From Candidatus Poribacteria bacterium (lineage in GTDB: Bacteria > Poribacteria > WGA-4E > JAJDTR01), in the NCBI GenBank assembly GCA_965222225.1, contig CBDCTK010000002.1:1568001-1632000 (forward strand): DNA of 64,000 nt, written 5' to 3'. How positions within the stretch are numbered: the first letter of the stretch is position 1; every line of letters begins with the position of its first letter. Position numbers and translations under genes: made by a program. Below the pieces are notes generated by a model. The model made no database searches. It saw only the letters and a list, made by a program, of their open reading frames with translations, and was not told where the DNA came from. Shown piece after piece: positions 50,801 through 61,307 of this stretch.

Positions 50801-52096
50801 TCAATTGATTGCCTCAATATAGGGCTTTTCAACTTTCGCTAGCACATAAGGGCCTTCGGGTATTACAGCAATCTGAGCGTCATTTCCATGTTTGGCAAAC
50901 ACTTGATCGACTCCTTCTTTGAGACGCTGAAGCGGTTGCACGAAAAGGTGCTGTTGTTGTTCAAGGGGGATGCCCTCTGTGTAGAAGTAGATATCAGCTT
51001 TTCTTGCAACCTTCGCTAGTTCCTCAAGTTGCCACTGATCAATCACGAAATTTTCTGGCTGGTAGATGTCCTGAATAAATTCGTCGAGATTTTGCGTTTC
51101 AAAAATCAGATTGGTAAACGGCTTGCTACCGATACCTTGACTACATTCGGCCATTAGGATAATACTCCCGTTTGGCTTTACAACTTCTGCAGCCGTCAAT
51201 AATCCTTTAATTGCTTGATAGAAAGTGGTGTCGAGCGGGTACCCGGCACTTGAAACAATTACCAGATCTGCGGGGTAAGGCAACGTTGCAGTTACTTGCT
51301 TCTCTACGAATTCACAGCCTGCCCTATGCGATTCAACCAACTCACCAGCAAATACCCCCGTAATCTGTCGTTTATTATCTATCGCAACATTAAGGTTAAA
51401 GTCAACTCCTGCCATGAGCGCGATTTCGGTTGCTTCGATATGGAACGGGTTATCATCCAAGACTCCTACAGATGCGCTCGGATGTTCAAGGATTTGGGGA
51501 CCGTGCATTACTTTCATCGTTTCTACTGAAGTAATACCGGGACAAATTGCTTTACGTCCTCCCGAATATCCCGCCATCAAATGCGGTTCAATTAACCCTG
51601 TGGTAATCTTTACGTCGGACTCTAGGTACGTCTTATCAATATGGACAGGCGTTCCATTCCTCGTTAATCCTAAATATTTATGAGTCTCTGGTTCGTCAGA
51701 CAGGTGATTGACAATCCGATAGTTGCTCATGATGCCAACCCCGACCATTTCTTCCAATTCTTTCTCAGTGCTCGGGCGGTGAATACCTGTCGCGACTAAG
51801 ATAACAATCTTCTCTCGCGGGATGCCTTGCTGTTCAAAGGTTTTCAATATCGGCGGTAGAATTACCTGATTGGGGACAGGGCGTGTGATATCGGAAATGA
51901 TGATACATGCGGAAGATCGATCTTCTACCAACTGGGCTAAGGGTAATGAATTGATTGGCGATTCTACAACTTCGCGGACCGCAGCCTCTGGATTTCGAAG
52001 TGGATTTTCATGTTGGATAGTAAGAATCCCAGCTAGATTCTCGTCTGGGACGTCAACATCCAAGAATCCGCGTCCATATCTCATACCAATTCGCAT
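50801..52096 (-). CDS. larA: Nickel-dependent lactate racemase family protein
   Basis: SDITRP, ATGIHR, EPHLMAGYSGGRK..CPG, GYPLD..YQ..K. Confidence 0.88.
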   Translation of the reverse strand: MRIGMRYGRGFLDVDVPDENLAGILTIQHENPLRNPEAAVREVVESPINSLPLAQLVEDRSSACIIISDITRPVPNQVILPPILKTFEQQGIPREKIVILVATGIHRPSTEKELEEMVGVGIMSNYRIVNHLSDEPETHKYLGLTRNGTPVHIDKTYLESDVKITTGLIEPHLMAGYSGGRKAICPGITSVETMKVMHGPQILEHPSASVGVLDDNPFHIEATEIALMAGVDFNLNVAIDNKRQITGVFAGELVESHRAGCEFVEKQVTATLPYPADLVIVSSAGYPLDTTFYQAIKGLLTAAEVVKPNGSIILMAECSQGIGSKPFTNLIFETQNLDEFIQDIYQPENFVIDQWQLEELAKVARKADIYFYTEGIPLEQQQHLFVQPLQRLKEGVDQVFAKHGNDAQIAVIPEGPYVLAKVEKPYIEAIN

Positions 52097-52433
52097 CGTT
52101 AGCTTCTCCGTAGAACCTCCAAGCCGAAACCTTATATCATAGTCCCTATCATTATAAACAAAATCATTAACTCATGGCAACACTTTTTTGTGGAAGATGC
52201 AGGAGAATCGCATCGGATTTCAATTGTAAATCCATTTCCACGTCGACTTAGACCGAGAGTGGAACGAAAAGAGAGGAGCGGAGGGAAAATCGGCGATGGT
52301 GCGGAAGGCCTTATCACTTAAGAAAAACGTCTTGACAAAACGAATGGAATAGGTCAGAATCAAAGAAGTTGTGCGATACGTGCAGAAAATCCTTTCGATT
52401 CAGATTCTCAATTCGCAGAGAGGGAGCAAAGTC

Positions 52434-52820
52434 ATGCAACGAATTGAAATCACCACGAAACCAAACGGCGCAGGACGCAATTGGTTGGAAGTAGGTTGTT
52501 TTGAGACCGATGGATTCGGACGGAAGGAATGGGTCAAAAAGGATGTGCCACACCAGGATCGGCGTTTGAAAGCGGACCGTCGTTATTCTGACCGAGCCGA
52601 GACTATCGATTGGATATTGTTGGTGCCAGACAATTATCCATTAACGATTATTAAAATGAACTACGATCGTTTAAGCCCTAGAAAGGTTGATGTAATCTGG
52701 GAACCAAAAGCCACGTCTCAAGAAGAACTAAATAGCGAAGATGAAATCAAGCGCATTTTCGAGCTTGCCCAGGGGAATGACGAACTGCTGGTACTACTGA
52801 AAAAGGTGCTCAATCGGTAA
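52434..52820 (+). CDS. Hypothetical protein
   Basis: 128-aa ORF with a purine-rich RBS; no motif recognised. Confidence 0.55.
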   Translation: MQRIEITTKPNGAGRNWLEVGCFETDGFGRKEWVKKDVPHQDRRLKADRRYSDRAETIDWILLVPDNYPLTIIKMNYDRLSPRKVDVIWEPKATSQEELNSEDEIKRIFELAQGNDELLVLLKKVLNR

Positions 52821-52880
52821 ACAGATATGAAATGATACCAAGCATGGGACGCAAAATGCAATGCTTGAAAACGAGTGGAG

Positions 52881-53909
52881 ATGATGAATCCAACCCATCT
52901 TGTCATGAAATATGCCGATCTTTGTGAAAGAATTGCCCGAATTCCACAGGTCGATCTCGGACACTTTCCGACGCCGTTGGAAGATTGTCCGCGTCTATCT
53001 GAAAGATTGGGCGGTCCCCGTATCTTGATTAAACGAGAAGACTGTTCAGGTCTCGCGCTTGGTGGAAACAAGGTTCGACAGTTAACTTTCACAATAGGCG
53101 AGGCTGTACATCAGGGGGCGGACACAATAGTGCATGGAGCAGCATCGCAATCCAACCATTGCCGTCAAGCTGCGGCGGCATGTGCTCGACTCGGTCTGAA
53201 ATGTTATCTTCGCCTTGCACGCGATCATAAGAGTGTTGTACAGGGCAACCTACTGCTAGACCATCTCGCAGGAGCTAATGTTGAAATAGTTGATGTTCCA
53301 TTCGGCGATGAATTGCATGCAGTCAAGGAGGCGTTAGCGGAAGAATTGAAAGCCGAAGGATTGAAACCCTATGTTGTCGGTGGGCCGCATGCCGCGGCGC
53401 TGGCCGCAGTCGGTTTCACGTGGTGCATGACCGAAATCTACCAACAACAGAAAGCCTTGGGAATAGAGGCGGATTGGATTTACGCGGCCTCGGCAGGTGG
53501 TACACAGGCAGGGCTAGTCCTCGGGTCTAAAGCGTTAGGAATGAAAATAAAACCCTTTGGCGTTGCTCCACTTAGTTGGGATAACCGGATTGAGCGTATT
53601 CAACAAGCAGCGAACGCCGCTGCCGCGATTCTGGACCTGGATGTAGTTATTGGCGATGATGAAGTGAGAAACACCGATGCCTTCGTAGGACAAGGTTACG
53701 GTATGTTAACACCTGAATGCGCTGAAGCAATCAGATTGGTTGCACAAACGGAAGGCATCTTTTTGGATCCGGTATATTCGGGCAAGGCGATGGCCGGGTT
53801 AATTGACCACGTTGTGCGTGGACAACTCACCTCTGATGACACCGTGATTTTCCTTCACACGGGAGGCACGCCTCAACTGTTTGTCTACAATGAGGAATTA
53901 TGTGCTTGA
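52881..53909 (+). CDS. D-cysteine desulfhydrase / ACC deaminase family PLP enzyme
   Basis: PTPLE, KRED..GLALGGNKVR, QSNH, LDPVYSGKA, HTGG. Confidence 0.92.
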   Translation: MMNPTHLVMKYADLCERIARIPQVDLGHFPTPLEDCPRLSERLGGPRILIKREDCSGLALGGNKVRQLTFTIGEAVHQGADTIVHGAASQSNHCRQAAAACARLGLKCYLRLARDHKSVVQGNLLLDHLAGANVEIVDVPFGDELHAVKEALAEELKAEGLKPYVVGGPHAAALAAVGFTWCMTEIYQQQKALGIEADWIYAASAGGTQAGLVLGSKALGMKIKPFGVAPLSWDNRIERIQQAANAAAAILDLDVVIGDDEVRNTDAFVGQGYGMLTPECAEAIRLVAQTEGIFLDPVYSGKAMAGLIDHVVRGQLTSDDTVIFLHTGGTPQLFVYNEELCA

Positions 53910-53935
53910 AGTTTAACTGACACGAGGAATAATAG

Positions 53936-55318
53936 ATGAAGAGAATAATCTTAGTCTTAGTTGCATTTCTTGCCGTGCAGAATTCCGCTTACGTTAATGG
54001 CAATACGCCACCAAGTTTTGAATCAATCCAATTTACGCCTATAGAACCGGCGCCGGCACGTGAGGCGAGTGTACTGACCGCTACCCCTGCAGGCTGGAAG
54101 GACGTGGACGGAGACGCCGAACAGTATCTGTATACTTGGTATAATCAGAATGGTCCGTTACGAGGGACGGTTGATTTCTCGAATGAGCAAAAGGAACAGT
54201 ATCCGGGCATTACTCCAGTGGATTTTTCATCACCACTGCCGCTACCTCGCGATCTAGAATTAACGGTGCGGGTTGCAGGAGTACAGAAAGGCACAGTAAA
54301 ATTTACCAGTCCGAGCGGAGTCGAGACGGTACGTAGTATTCCCGAAGATGAAGGGAGCAACATCAATGACAATTTCACTGTCAGTCTGGAGGAAGTCGGA
54401 GAGTACACAGTTACGGAGACTCTTCAGGCGATAATTCGATCGAAAGAAGGGCTGTTACCGTTCGAGCTGCAAGCAGGGGAACGCCAATTCAGTTGGACTT
54501 ATCTCAATCCTGTTCCCGGCGAAAGGCTCTATCGTTACATGACGCGGGTGCATCAAATCACTTTGACGGCTACCGGCGATTTGGCGGCTGACCTCGACAT
54601 TGCCAACCCCGGCGCAGTAGTTGTGGTTAACCTAGTCACCCAACGGGTAATTCTTCCCGGCTCAACGCTGAAAATCGACATTGATTACCAACTGGCATTT
54701 TCCAAGTATTCCTCTCTCACTCTGGCAGATACATCCGTCACCGAACGTAGCCTCTCAGGCGCCAACTTTGATGCCGGTGACGAGGTATATGTCATAATTA
54801 CCCCATATGATGGGAAGGATCGTGGTAATTCTGTTGAGAGCGACCGGATTCAAATCTTTAACACCCCGCCAACATTGAGCGGCGTTGAGGTTACCACGGA
54901 TGTGGAGCCGTCTGCAATACCAAACATTCTCACCGCTCTAGCGCGTGGATGGTCTGATGATGATGAAGATGCGGAACAAATTAGGTATCAATGGCACAAA
55001 CAAGATGATCCCATACTAAATGCGACGGAGGCAATCCTAACACGAAAATTTAGCGAGGGAGAGGTATTGTTCGTTGAAGCCACTCCTTTTGATGGTGTAG
55101 AAGACGGGGAAACTGTCAGGAGTACTAGTATCATTATTCCAAGTGGAGCTAAGTCCACAGACATAAACGGAGATGGCGTGGTCAACATTCTGGATTTGGT
55201 CTTCGTTGCGAATAACTTAGGAATGCAGGTCGTAGAGGGAACCAATTCTAGTGCCGACGTGAACAAAGACGGTGTGGTAAACATCCTAGATTTGGTGGCT
55301 GTCGCTGCTGATTTTTGA
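53936..55318 (+). CDS. Secreted protein with two Ig-like domains and a C-terminal dockerin type I pair
   Basis: Signal peptide; two NTPP..GW.D.D.DAEQ..Y.W..TP[YF]DG units; DINGDGVVNILDLV and DVNKDGVVNILDLV. Confidence 0.85.
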   Translation: MKRIILVLVAFLAVQNSAYVNGNTPPSFESIQFTPIEPAPAREASVLTATPAGWKDVDGDAEQYLYTWYNQNGPLRGTVDFSNEQKEQYPGITPVDFSSPLPLPRDLELTVRVAGVQKGTVKFTSPSGVETVRSIPEDEGSNINDNFTVSLEEVGEYTVTETLQAIIRSKEGLLPFELQAGERQFSWTYLNPVPGERLYRYMTRVHQITLTATGDLAADLDIANPGAVVVVNLVTQRVILPGSTLKIDIDYQLAFSKYSSLTLADTSVTERSLSGANFDAGDEVYVIITPYDGKDRGNSVESDRIQIFNTPPTLSGVEVTTDVEPSAIPNILTALARGWSDDDEDAEQIRYQWHKQDDPILNATEAILTRKFSEGEVLFVEATPFDGVEDGETVRSTSIIIPSGAKSTDINGDGVVNILDLVFVANNLGMQVVEGTNSSADVNKDGVVNILDLVAVAADF

Positions 55319-55406
55319 GAGAGCATATATTCGTCAATGAATCGTGTTACACGGCGCACCGCTCCCGCGGATTGACAGTCCCATCGGTCAAAACTTGAAT
55401 TCTGGC

Positions 55407-56483
55407 TCACTGGCTTTTGGGATGATGCCACCGGCGTAATGAATCTGATGCCGACAACCCGGCTTCTTGTCCCAACGCAAAAGCTGTTGCGATAAGATTG
55501 CGCTCTCCCGACACAATGTCACCTGCAGCGAACAGCCCAGGAATCGGATTGCCGTGAGAATCAAGTAGTTGTGCATCATCGTTGGTGATAATTAGCCCGT
55601 CCTCGTCTTTTTGATAATCCCAACCTTCAAGAAATTCCGTATTCGGGATTAACCCTTCATCGACAAGAAAACCGTCAAAATACGCCTCACTTCCGTCTCC
55701 CAATTCAAACCCCATCAGATTCGTCTTCTCGCCAATGTGTCTGAGAATCTTCGTCTCAATGATGTTGATGCCCCGCTCTTCGGTTTGCCTTAGGACTTCG
55801 GGTGACATTCCATGGGGACGACCATTCGTCAGAATTGTAATCTTATCGGTGAAATCTTGTGATCCGAACGCTACATCATATATGTAGTCACCAACACCGA
55901 CGATGGCGAGATGTTCACCAACGTGCAAATGCCCATCGCATCGGATGCACACGTGCCATCCCTTCCGATTGCCAGCGTAACGAAATACAGCAACATACTG
56001 TTGGTACAGTCGTTCAGCCTCGGGTTGGAACTCGATATCGGGCCAGCGATCATCAAAACCCGATGCAACCACCACAGTTCGAGATTTAAAGTGTTCAATC
56101 TCAGTTGACTTTCCTTTCTTACGTGCAGTGGTGGAGGCTTCAATGTCAAAACCGTCTCCTTCCCTCTTCAATTTAGTAATCAAGCCGTCGCGGATTTCAA
56201 TTCCTGTTTTGCGTTTCTCTCCGCGGATAGCGACGTCAGTCAACGGACGTCCTTCCATCCATTTCATCAATTCCTTGGCAAAATGCGGTCCGGTGACGCC
56301 TGGAAACACAGGCGCGTCCTCAATTTCGACAGACTTTGACCAGTATGCCCGCCCGCGGCTAAAACTCACTTTCCCAGCGTGAAGGACCAATACGTGTCGT
56401 GTTTGATGACTGGCGGAAATCGCCGCTTGGGCGCCCGCCGGGCCCGCGCCAATAACGGCGACGTCGTAAATAACTTCTGGCAT
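55407..56483 (-). CDS. Thioredoxin reductase-like FAD/NAD(P) oxidoreductase
   Basis: IGAGPAG, CIRCDG, GLFAAGD. Confidence 0.88.
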   Translation of the reverse strand: MPEVIYDVAVIGAGPAGAQAAISASHQTRHVLVLHAGKVSFSRGRAYWSKSVEIEDAPVFPGVTGPHFAKELMKWMEGRPLTDVAIRGEKRKTGIEIRDGLITKLKREGDGFDIEASTTARKKGKSTEIEHFKSRTVVVASGFDDRWPDIEFQPEAERLYQQYVAVFRYAGNRKGWHVCIRCDGHLHVGEHLAIVGVGDYIYDVAFGSQDFTDKITILTNGRPHGMSPEVLRQTEERGINIIETKILRHIGEKTNLMGFELGDGSEAYFDGFLVDEGLIPNTEFLEGWDYQKDEDGLIITNDDAQLLDSHGNPIPGLFAAGDIVSGERNLIATAFALGQEAGLSASDSLRRWHHPKSQ

Positions 56484-56606
56484 TGTGAATTAACTCCTCT
56501 TTCGAAATAGTTGCGCTGTTTGTGGAAGTTCAGATTATCGAATCTTCCAAGGGCGTCCTAAATTGGCCTCAGTGTAGCACTCGTCGACAATGTGCGCCAT
56601 CTCCGA

Positions 56607-57632
56607 CTATGCATCAAGACGGTAAACGCGAGTAGCAGTATCATGAAACATGGCGGTGCGTTCCGAGTCCGAATAACCTGTTGATAGCCGTTTGAAGGCA
56701 TTGTACATTACGTTATAAGAAAAGGATACTTTGTCAACCGGGAAATTGCTCTCGAACATGCATCGATCCGGTCCGAACTTCTCAACACAGTAATTCATAT
56801 AAGGGCTCATCAATTCGGCAAGTTCTTCCGAGCCGATTGGCTTTGCACGCGTATGCCAATCAAAGCCAACTTGTGGCATCCCCATACCACCAAGTTTTAC
56901 GTTGATGTTAGGGCATTCGGCTACGGCTTCGATGCCGGTGCGCCAAGTGGCAAGCACCTCAGCCTTCCGATTAGCGTACGGGCCGACGCCTAACACTCCT
57001 CCAATGTGATTTAGAATAATCGTCAAATTTGGAACTGCCTTAGCAAAATCGACCAACTCTAGGAGTTGTGGAAAATACAACCAGGCCTCCAAAGATATCC
57101 CCATACGCGCTAGTATCCGGGCCCCGGTGCGATAGGCGCTCGACTCCAACTGACCTTTAATATTGGAACGTGCCCTATTTGCGAACTCCGGATGAGGATC
57201 CCACGTAACAGAGTGACGAACACCTCGGAACCTGTTCGGACTAGCCGATTGTAATGCCTCGAGCACCGGCTCAACTCGATCGCCCAGATTCAAGTCTGCA
57301 CTGCCAACAATACCGGCAGCAACTCGACTAGAGCCGTACAATCCACTTGCACTGGCAGCGGCGAGTCCTTGTACGAATTCAACCTCCCCGACGGGACGCA
57401 TTTCCTGCGGTCCGTCTGCACGGTACATTGCACCCGCCTCAACAAACACAGTGGAACGCACGTTATGGCCGCTGTTAATATCGGCGATAAGTTCGTGAAG
57501 AAGATATCGATGATAGGGAATACGGTCAGTGCGAAAGTCCCAGTTGTGGTGGTGGGGATCGCAGATGGGGAGCTCAGGTTCCAAAGTCGGTTCTTGTGTT
57601 AAAGCAAGCCAATTATTATCTCCGAATGGCAA
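56607..57632 (-). CDS. Amidohydrolase_2 family protein
   Basis: DPHHH, IILNH.G, MFESNFPVD; RBS GGAGG with TTG start. Confidence 0.92.
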   Translation of the reverse strand: MPFGDNNWLALTQEPTLEPELPICDPHHHNWDFRTDRIPYHRYLLHELIADINSGHNVRSTVFVEAGAMYRADGPQEMRPVGEVEFVQGLAAASASGLYGSSRVAAGIVGSADLNLGDRVEPVLEALQSASPNRFRGVRHSVTWDPHPEFANRARSNIKGQLESSAYRTGARILARMGISLEAWLYFPQLLELVDFAKAVPNLTIILNHIGGVLGVGPYANRKAEVLATWRTGIEAVAECPNINVKLGGMGMPQVGFDWHTRAKPIGSEELAELMSPYMNYCVEKFGPDRCMFESNFPVDKVSFSYNVMYNAFKRLSTGYSDSERTAMFHDTATRVYRLDA

Positions 57633-57832
57633 GTTGCACCTCCATTTCCGTAGTCGGTAGTCACATCATATCACCACCGATTAGGTAATACACTTAATAA
57701 ATGACCGCCACTGCCGTCGATAGCAATACTGTGGGCGGGTGAGTTTTCTTAATCAAGAGTGAACATCCACTGAAATGTATTGTTGGTTGTCCTTTGTTAT
57801 AATGAGATTGCTGCTTATTGGTCTATGATGTG

Positions 57833-59983
57833 TTACGGAACGACTTCTGCAAGGTGAGCTGCAATCAAGACAAGATCGAGAATATTGATAATCCCATCAC
57901 CGTTGGCATCCGAGTTCGAATTTGACGGTTTTCCGAGTTGGGCGGCGACTGCGACCAAATCAAGCAGGTTGACAATCTTATCTCCATTCACATCGTAGAT
58001 TGCTGATCGATCAATAGTCACGAACCCATCGCTATAGACTTCAACAGTAGAATTTCTGAAGTCTCTAACGCTCGCGCCAAGATAGTATTTGCCTTCTTCA
58101 ACTGCGCTTGTGTCCCAGTTCCAACTAGAAAGGCCCGATGAAATCTGTGATTGAATCTCCACAGAATCGCCCAAGATCTGATCGGTGTCATAGAATAGGC
58201 CAATCGTAAAATCGTCCCCATTCAGATCAAATGCATTCCACGTAATCTCAAAGGTATCGCCTGCTACGGCGCCCTCGTTGGTAGGAGAAGTAAATTGAAA
58301 CGTAGGGGGGAAGTTTGGGCGAGAGAGCGTATGATGATTTGCGTAGATTTCCTCCAGTTCCTTTAACATCGGAAGATTCCGTTGGCGCCACGCCATTGCA
58401 ACGTCTGTGATGTTTTGCGGAGTATCATTCACAAAGATTTCCCAGAATGAATCTAACGCATCGCTGATGTTGTCATCGTCAACATCTGGGGCGAGATCGA
58501 TTGAGTCTAGTGTGTCAAATATATCCCACAGAATACTCGCGATAGTTCCTTCAACTATCTCGCCTCTGACATTCCGACCTGCTCCATTTACGTGTCCTGT
58601 CCACCACTGATTGGATTCAATATTCGGGGAATCTCTATCCCGAAATCCCGTAACGTTCAGGGCGTTATTGTCCACTGCGGCTTCCACAAATTCTGCCCAA
58701 CCTTCGTAGAATGCAAAACCTAAATTCGACACGGTCTCCACACGGTGCACACCAGGGTAATTATCTAGTGGCAAGACATCAAAATTGTAGCCATACGCAG
58801 CGGTCATCACCGCATGGGCATATTCGTGGAACATTATAATGCGTAGCCATTGGTGTTCCCCAAAAGCAATAGCAATCTGTTCCCGCATCGTTTGTTTCCT
58901 GCCATCGTCCATATAATCGAAATTGTAGTAAGAGATACTATATGGGCCGGGCCATACAACCTGTATGGGTCTGTCTCGTTCCCAACCCAATCGGTTGTAA
59001 AGAAAGGCGTGTGCATCTTGGATCGTGTTGAAAATGTGTCCAATCCCGCGATCTAAATGGGAATCATCAATGACTAGATTGATGACGGTTTCACCATCTG
59101 GGACATCGCTAACCGTTTCAGATTGCAAGGTGTACGTTTGGTTCATGTCATTCGATATTGAGAGCACGGAATTGTCAAATTTTAGAACAACATAGAGATT
59201 ACGGGGGCTACCATCGAGAAGGGATGGATGATTCAGACTATCGAAGTTGTACTTGCCTTGTTCATCGCCAAAGGTGCGACCGATAAGAGTGCTGCCAATA
59301 GTTTGATTCTCTAGGTACAATTGGATTTGGGGCCTTTGAACAGGCAATTCAATGAGCTCGTTATCGTCAAAATAGGAAATCGATCCTCGAATTATCAGGG
59401 TGTTATCAATCTGAGCGGATATGGATGGTAATTGGACGTGGGTTTGTAGCGGTAAGCTTCTGACTTCTTCATTGAAAGGCTCGGATCCAATTTCCGCACG
59501 GTTTGGAGTCACGAGAAGATACGTATAAAAATGTTGTACGATTCTTTTGCCATCAGCGGATGTGGTATAGATTGATGCTTGAAGTGGATAATTCCCAGGC
59601 GCTTTTATTCGCAGGCGTACACTGTATCGTTGTTCTGCCTCCTTGGACGGGAAATAAACATCGTCAAATTGATTCGGTGACTCCGTGACAATACCCCGTG
59701 GCGGACGAAACAGAATTCGGGCATGGACGGATTCGACGAGATTGGAGTGGATTGAGAGAACAAGGGTCGCACTGCCCCCAATTCGAGGCGCTCTCGTCAA
59801 ATACAACCTGCCATCAAATGATTTGAGACGGTGCCTTTCATGGGCGTTTCCAAAGGGGGAGGTGTGTTCACACAACAGGATGGCAAGGATCAAGAAATGA
59901 ACTAGCCGAGGGAAAATGGGAGATGTTGTGAGATGCCCAGAACTTAACAGGGATTCGGCGTCGAAATGCTTATGTTCTTTCAC
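57833..59983 (-). CDS. Secreted putative zinc metalloprotease with C-terminal dockerin pair
   Basis: HEYAH plus downstream EGWAEF; DVNGDKIVNLLDLV and DANGDGIINILDLV; GTG start overlaps the upstream stop. Confidence 0.8.
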   Translation of the reverse strand: MKEHKHFDAESLLSSGHLTTSPIFPRLVHFLILAILLCEHTSPFGNAHERHRLKSFDGRLYLTRAPRIGGSATLVLSIHSNLVESVHARILFRPPRGIVTESPNQFDDVYFPSKEAEQRYSVRLRIKAPGNYPLQASIYTTSADGKRIVQHFYTYLLVTPNRAEIGSEPFNEEVRSLPLQTHVQLPSISAQIDNTLIIRGSISYFDDNELIELPVQRPQIQLYLENQTIGSTLIGRTFGDEQGKYNFDSLNHPSLLDGSPRNLYVVLKFDNSVLSISNDMNQTYTLQSETVSDVPDGETVINLVIDDSHLDRGIGHIFNTIQDAHAFLYNRLGWERDRPIQVVWPGPYSISYYNFDYMDDGRKQTMREQIAIAFGEHQWLRIIMFHEYAHAVMTAAYGYNFDVLPLDNYPGVHRVETVSNLGFAFYEGWAEFVEAAVDNNALNVTGFRDRDSPNIESNQWWTGHVNGAGRNVRGEIVEGTIASILWDIFDTLDSIDLAPDVDDDNISDALDSFWEIFVNDTPQNITDVAMAWRQRNLPMLKELEEIYANHHTLSRPNFPPTFQFTSPTNEGAVAGDTFEITWNAFDLNGDDFTIGLFYDTDQILGDSVEIQSQISSGLSSWNWDTSAVEEGKYYLGASVRDFRNSTVEVYSDGFVTIDRSAIYDVNGDKIVNLLDLVAVAAQLGKPSNSNSDANGDGIINILDLVLIAAHLAEVVP

Positions 59984-60705
59984 CGATACTTCATTGATGC
60001 CCATGTTGTTGCTAGTTTACCAATCGGTTGCACCGCGGTTTGAGGCCCGCTTTCAGCGATATCAAAATCTATCAGTTCGAAGATGACACCACTCGAATCG
60101 GTTGCTTTAACTAAGCCGATATCCGGAGCTAACCACATAGAGTTGGTCAATTCCAAATCTGCAATCGGTAGATTTAAGGTGATGTTCTGTTTAATATTCA
60201 AACAATTCTGGAAAGTACCTGCGGGCGTAGCCACATCCTCAATTGCGACAACCTCCGCCCGATTCGTCGATCGTACCTTCCCCACGACGGCAATCTCAGC
60301 GTCGCTTTGAACCGTCCAAGTCGAACCGAGATCTGCCGGAATTGGGAGAAAAACCTGTGGCGGTGAGTAATCAAATGTCACTTCCCCTATGATGGCGATG
60401 GCGACAACAGATCGGAAGAGTTTTATTCCGTCGGCTTCCGATTTCACCAAAAGTTTGTTGATGTTGCCATTTGTGTCTTCTTCAATAAGTCTAAGTTCTT
60501 CGCCATTGATTATCTCCGGACCTTTGATTGTAACAGTCCTTAGGTTCATTTTGTCAAGGCTCTGCAAGGTCCACTGGTTTCCGATGTCATCTGGATAAAA
60601 GTTCCGGCTATAACCCGTTGTGCTGAACCAAAGTGCCAGTGCGAGTGTGAACAGAAAATAGAACTGTATCCGGTGTCGGTATAATGTCAGGAACGGTGAG
60701 TTCAT
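59980..60705 (-). CDS. Secreted hypothetical protein with C-terminal AVxPxGKLATTW motif
   Basis: RBS GGAG; signal peptide; TPAGTF..C, WLAPDIGLVK; tail AVQPIGKLATTWASMKYR. Confidence 0.8.
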   Translation of the reverse strand: MNSPFLTLYRHRIQFYFLFTLALALWFSTTGYSRNFYPDDIGNQWTLQSLDKMNLRTVTIKGPEIINGEELRLIEEDTNGNINKLLVKSEADGIKLFRSVVAIAIIGEVTFDYSPPQVFLPIPADLGSTWTVQSDAEIAVVGKVRSTNRAEVVAIEDVATPAGTFQNCLNIKQNITLNLPIADLELTNSMWLAPDIGLVKATDSSGVIFELIDFDIAESGPQTAVQPIGKLATTWASMKYR

Positions 60706-60788
60706 GATTTTTCTCCAATTGTACCTGCTGCACAGTTTGCAACGAAGATTAATAGTAGGAATTAAGCACATCGCGAGTCTCCACAGTT

Positions 60789-61304
60789 CTAGCTTGCAAA
60801 CCAATATCCTAGCAGAATACCAACGCTAACTAACACGGCAGTAGCTCCGAATACTCCTAGTACAAGTTTCCATCTACGCGGTCTTTCAAGCTCTTCCTGT
60901 CGAGGTGGGTTCCAAAATTTTCCTACTTTGCCAGCTGTATCTCGCCATCGCCGGCGTTGACGCGAACGTGTGGCGGAATTACCCTCCCAGATTTCTTCTC
61001 TCTGACTCCGAATTTTTTGAATCATCTGCTGCGAGTTACTATAATTATTTGCTGAAACTGTGTTCCCACTATTTTTGCGTGCAATACCTTTCGCATTCAA
61101 CCGTGTTTGCTCAGATGGCCCCACACTCGCTTGTGAAGAAACCGTAGTCGGTTGGTTCTCATCCAAGCTGTCCGAATTGTCCGGCACTTTTTCCAAACTC
61201 TCCTCTGGTGCGGCACTTGGAGGACGCTTTCCTGCCCACATAGCCCGACGCTGTTCTTTGTATTTTTCTTCAAGTTTCTTTCTTTCCTCTTCGGTAAACT
61301 CCAT
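60789..61304 (-). CDS. Hypothetical protein with C-terminal TM anchor
   Basis: Charged, low-complexity body; hydrophobic C-terminus. Confidence 0.7.
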   Translation of the reverse strand: MEFTEEERKKLEEKYKEQRRAMWAGKRPPSAAPEESLEKVPDNSDSLDENQPTTVSSQASVGPSEQTRLNAKGIARKNSGNTVSANNYSNSQQMIQKIRSQREEIWEGNSATRSRQRRRWRDTAGKVGKFWNPPRQEELERPRRWKLVLGVFGATAVLVSVGILLGYWFAS

Positions 61305-61307
61305 ATA

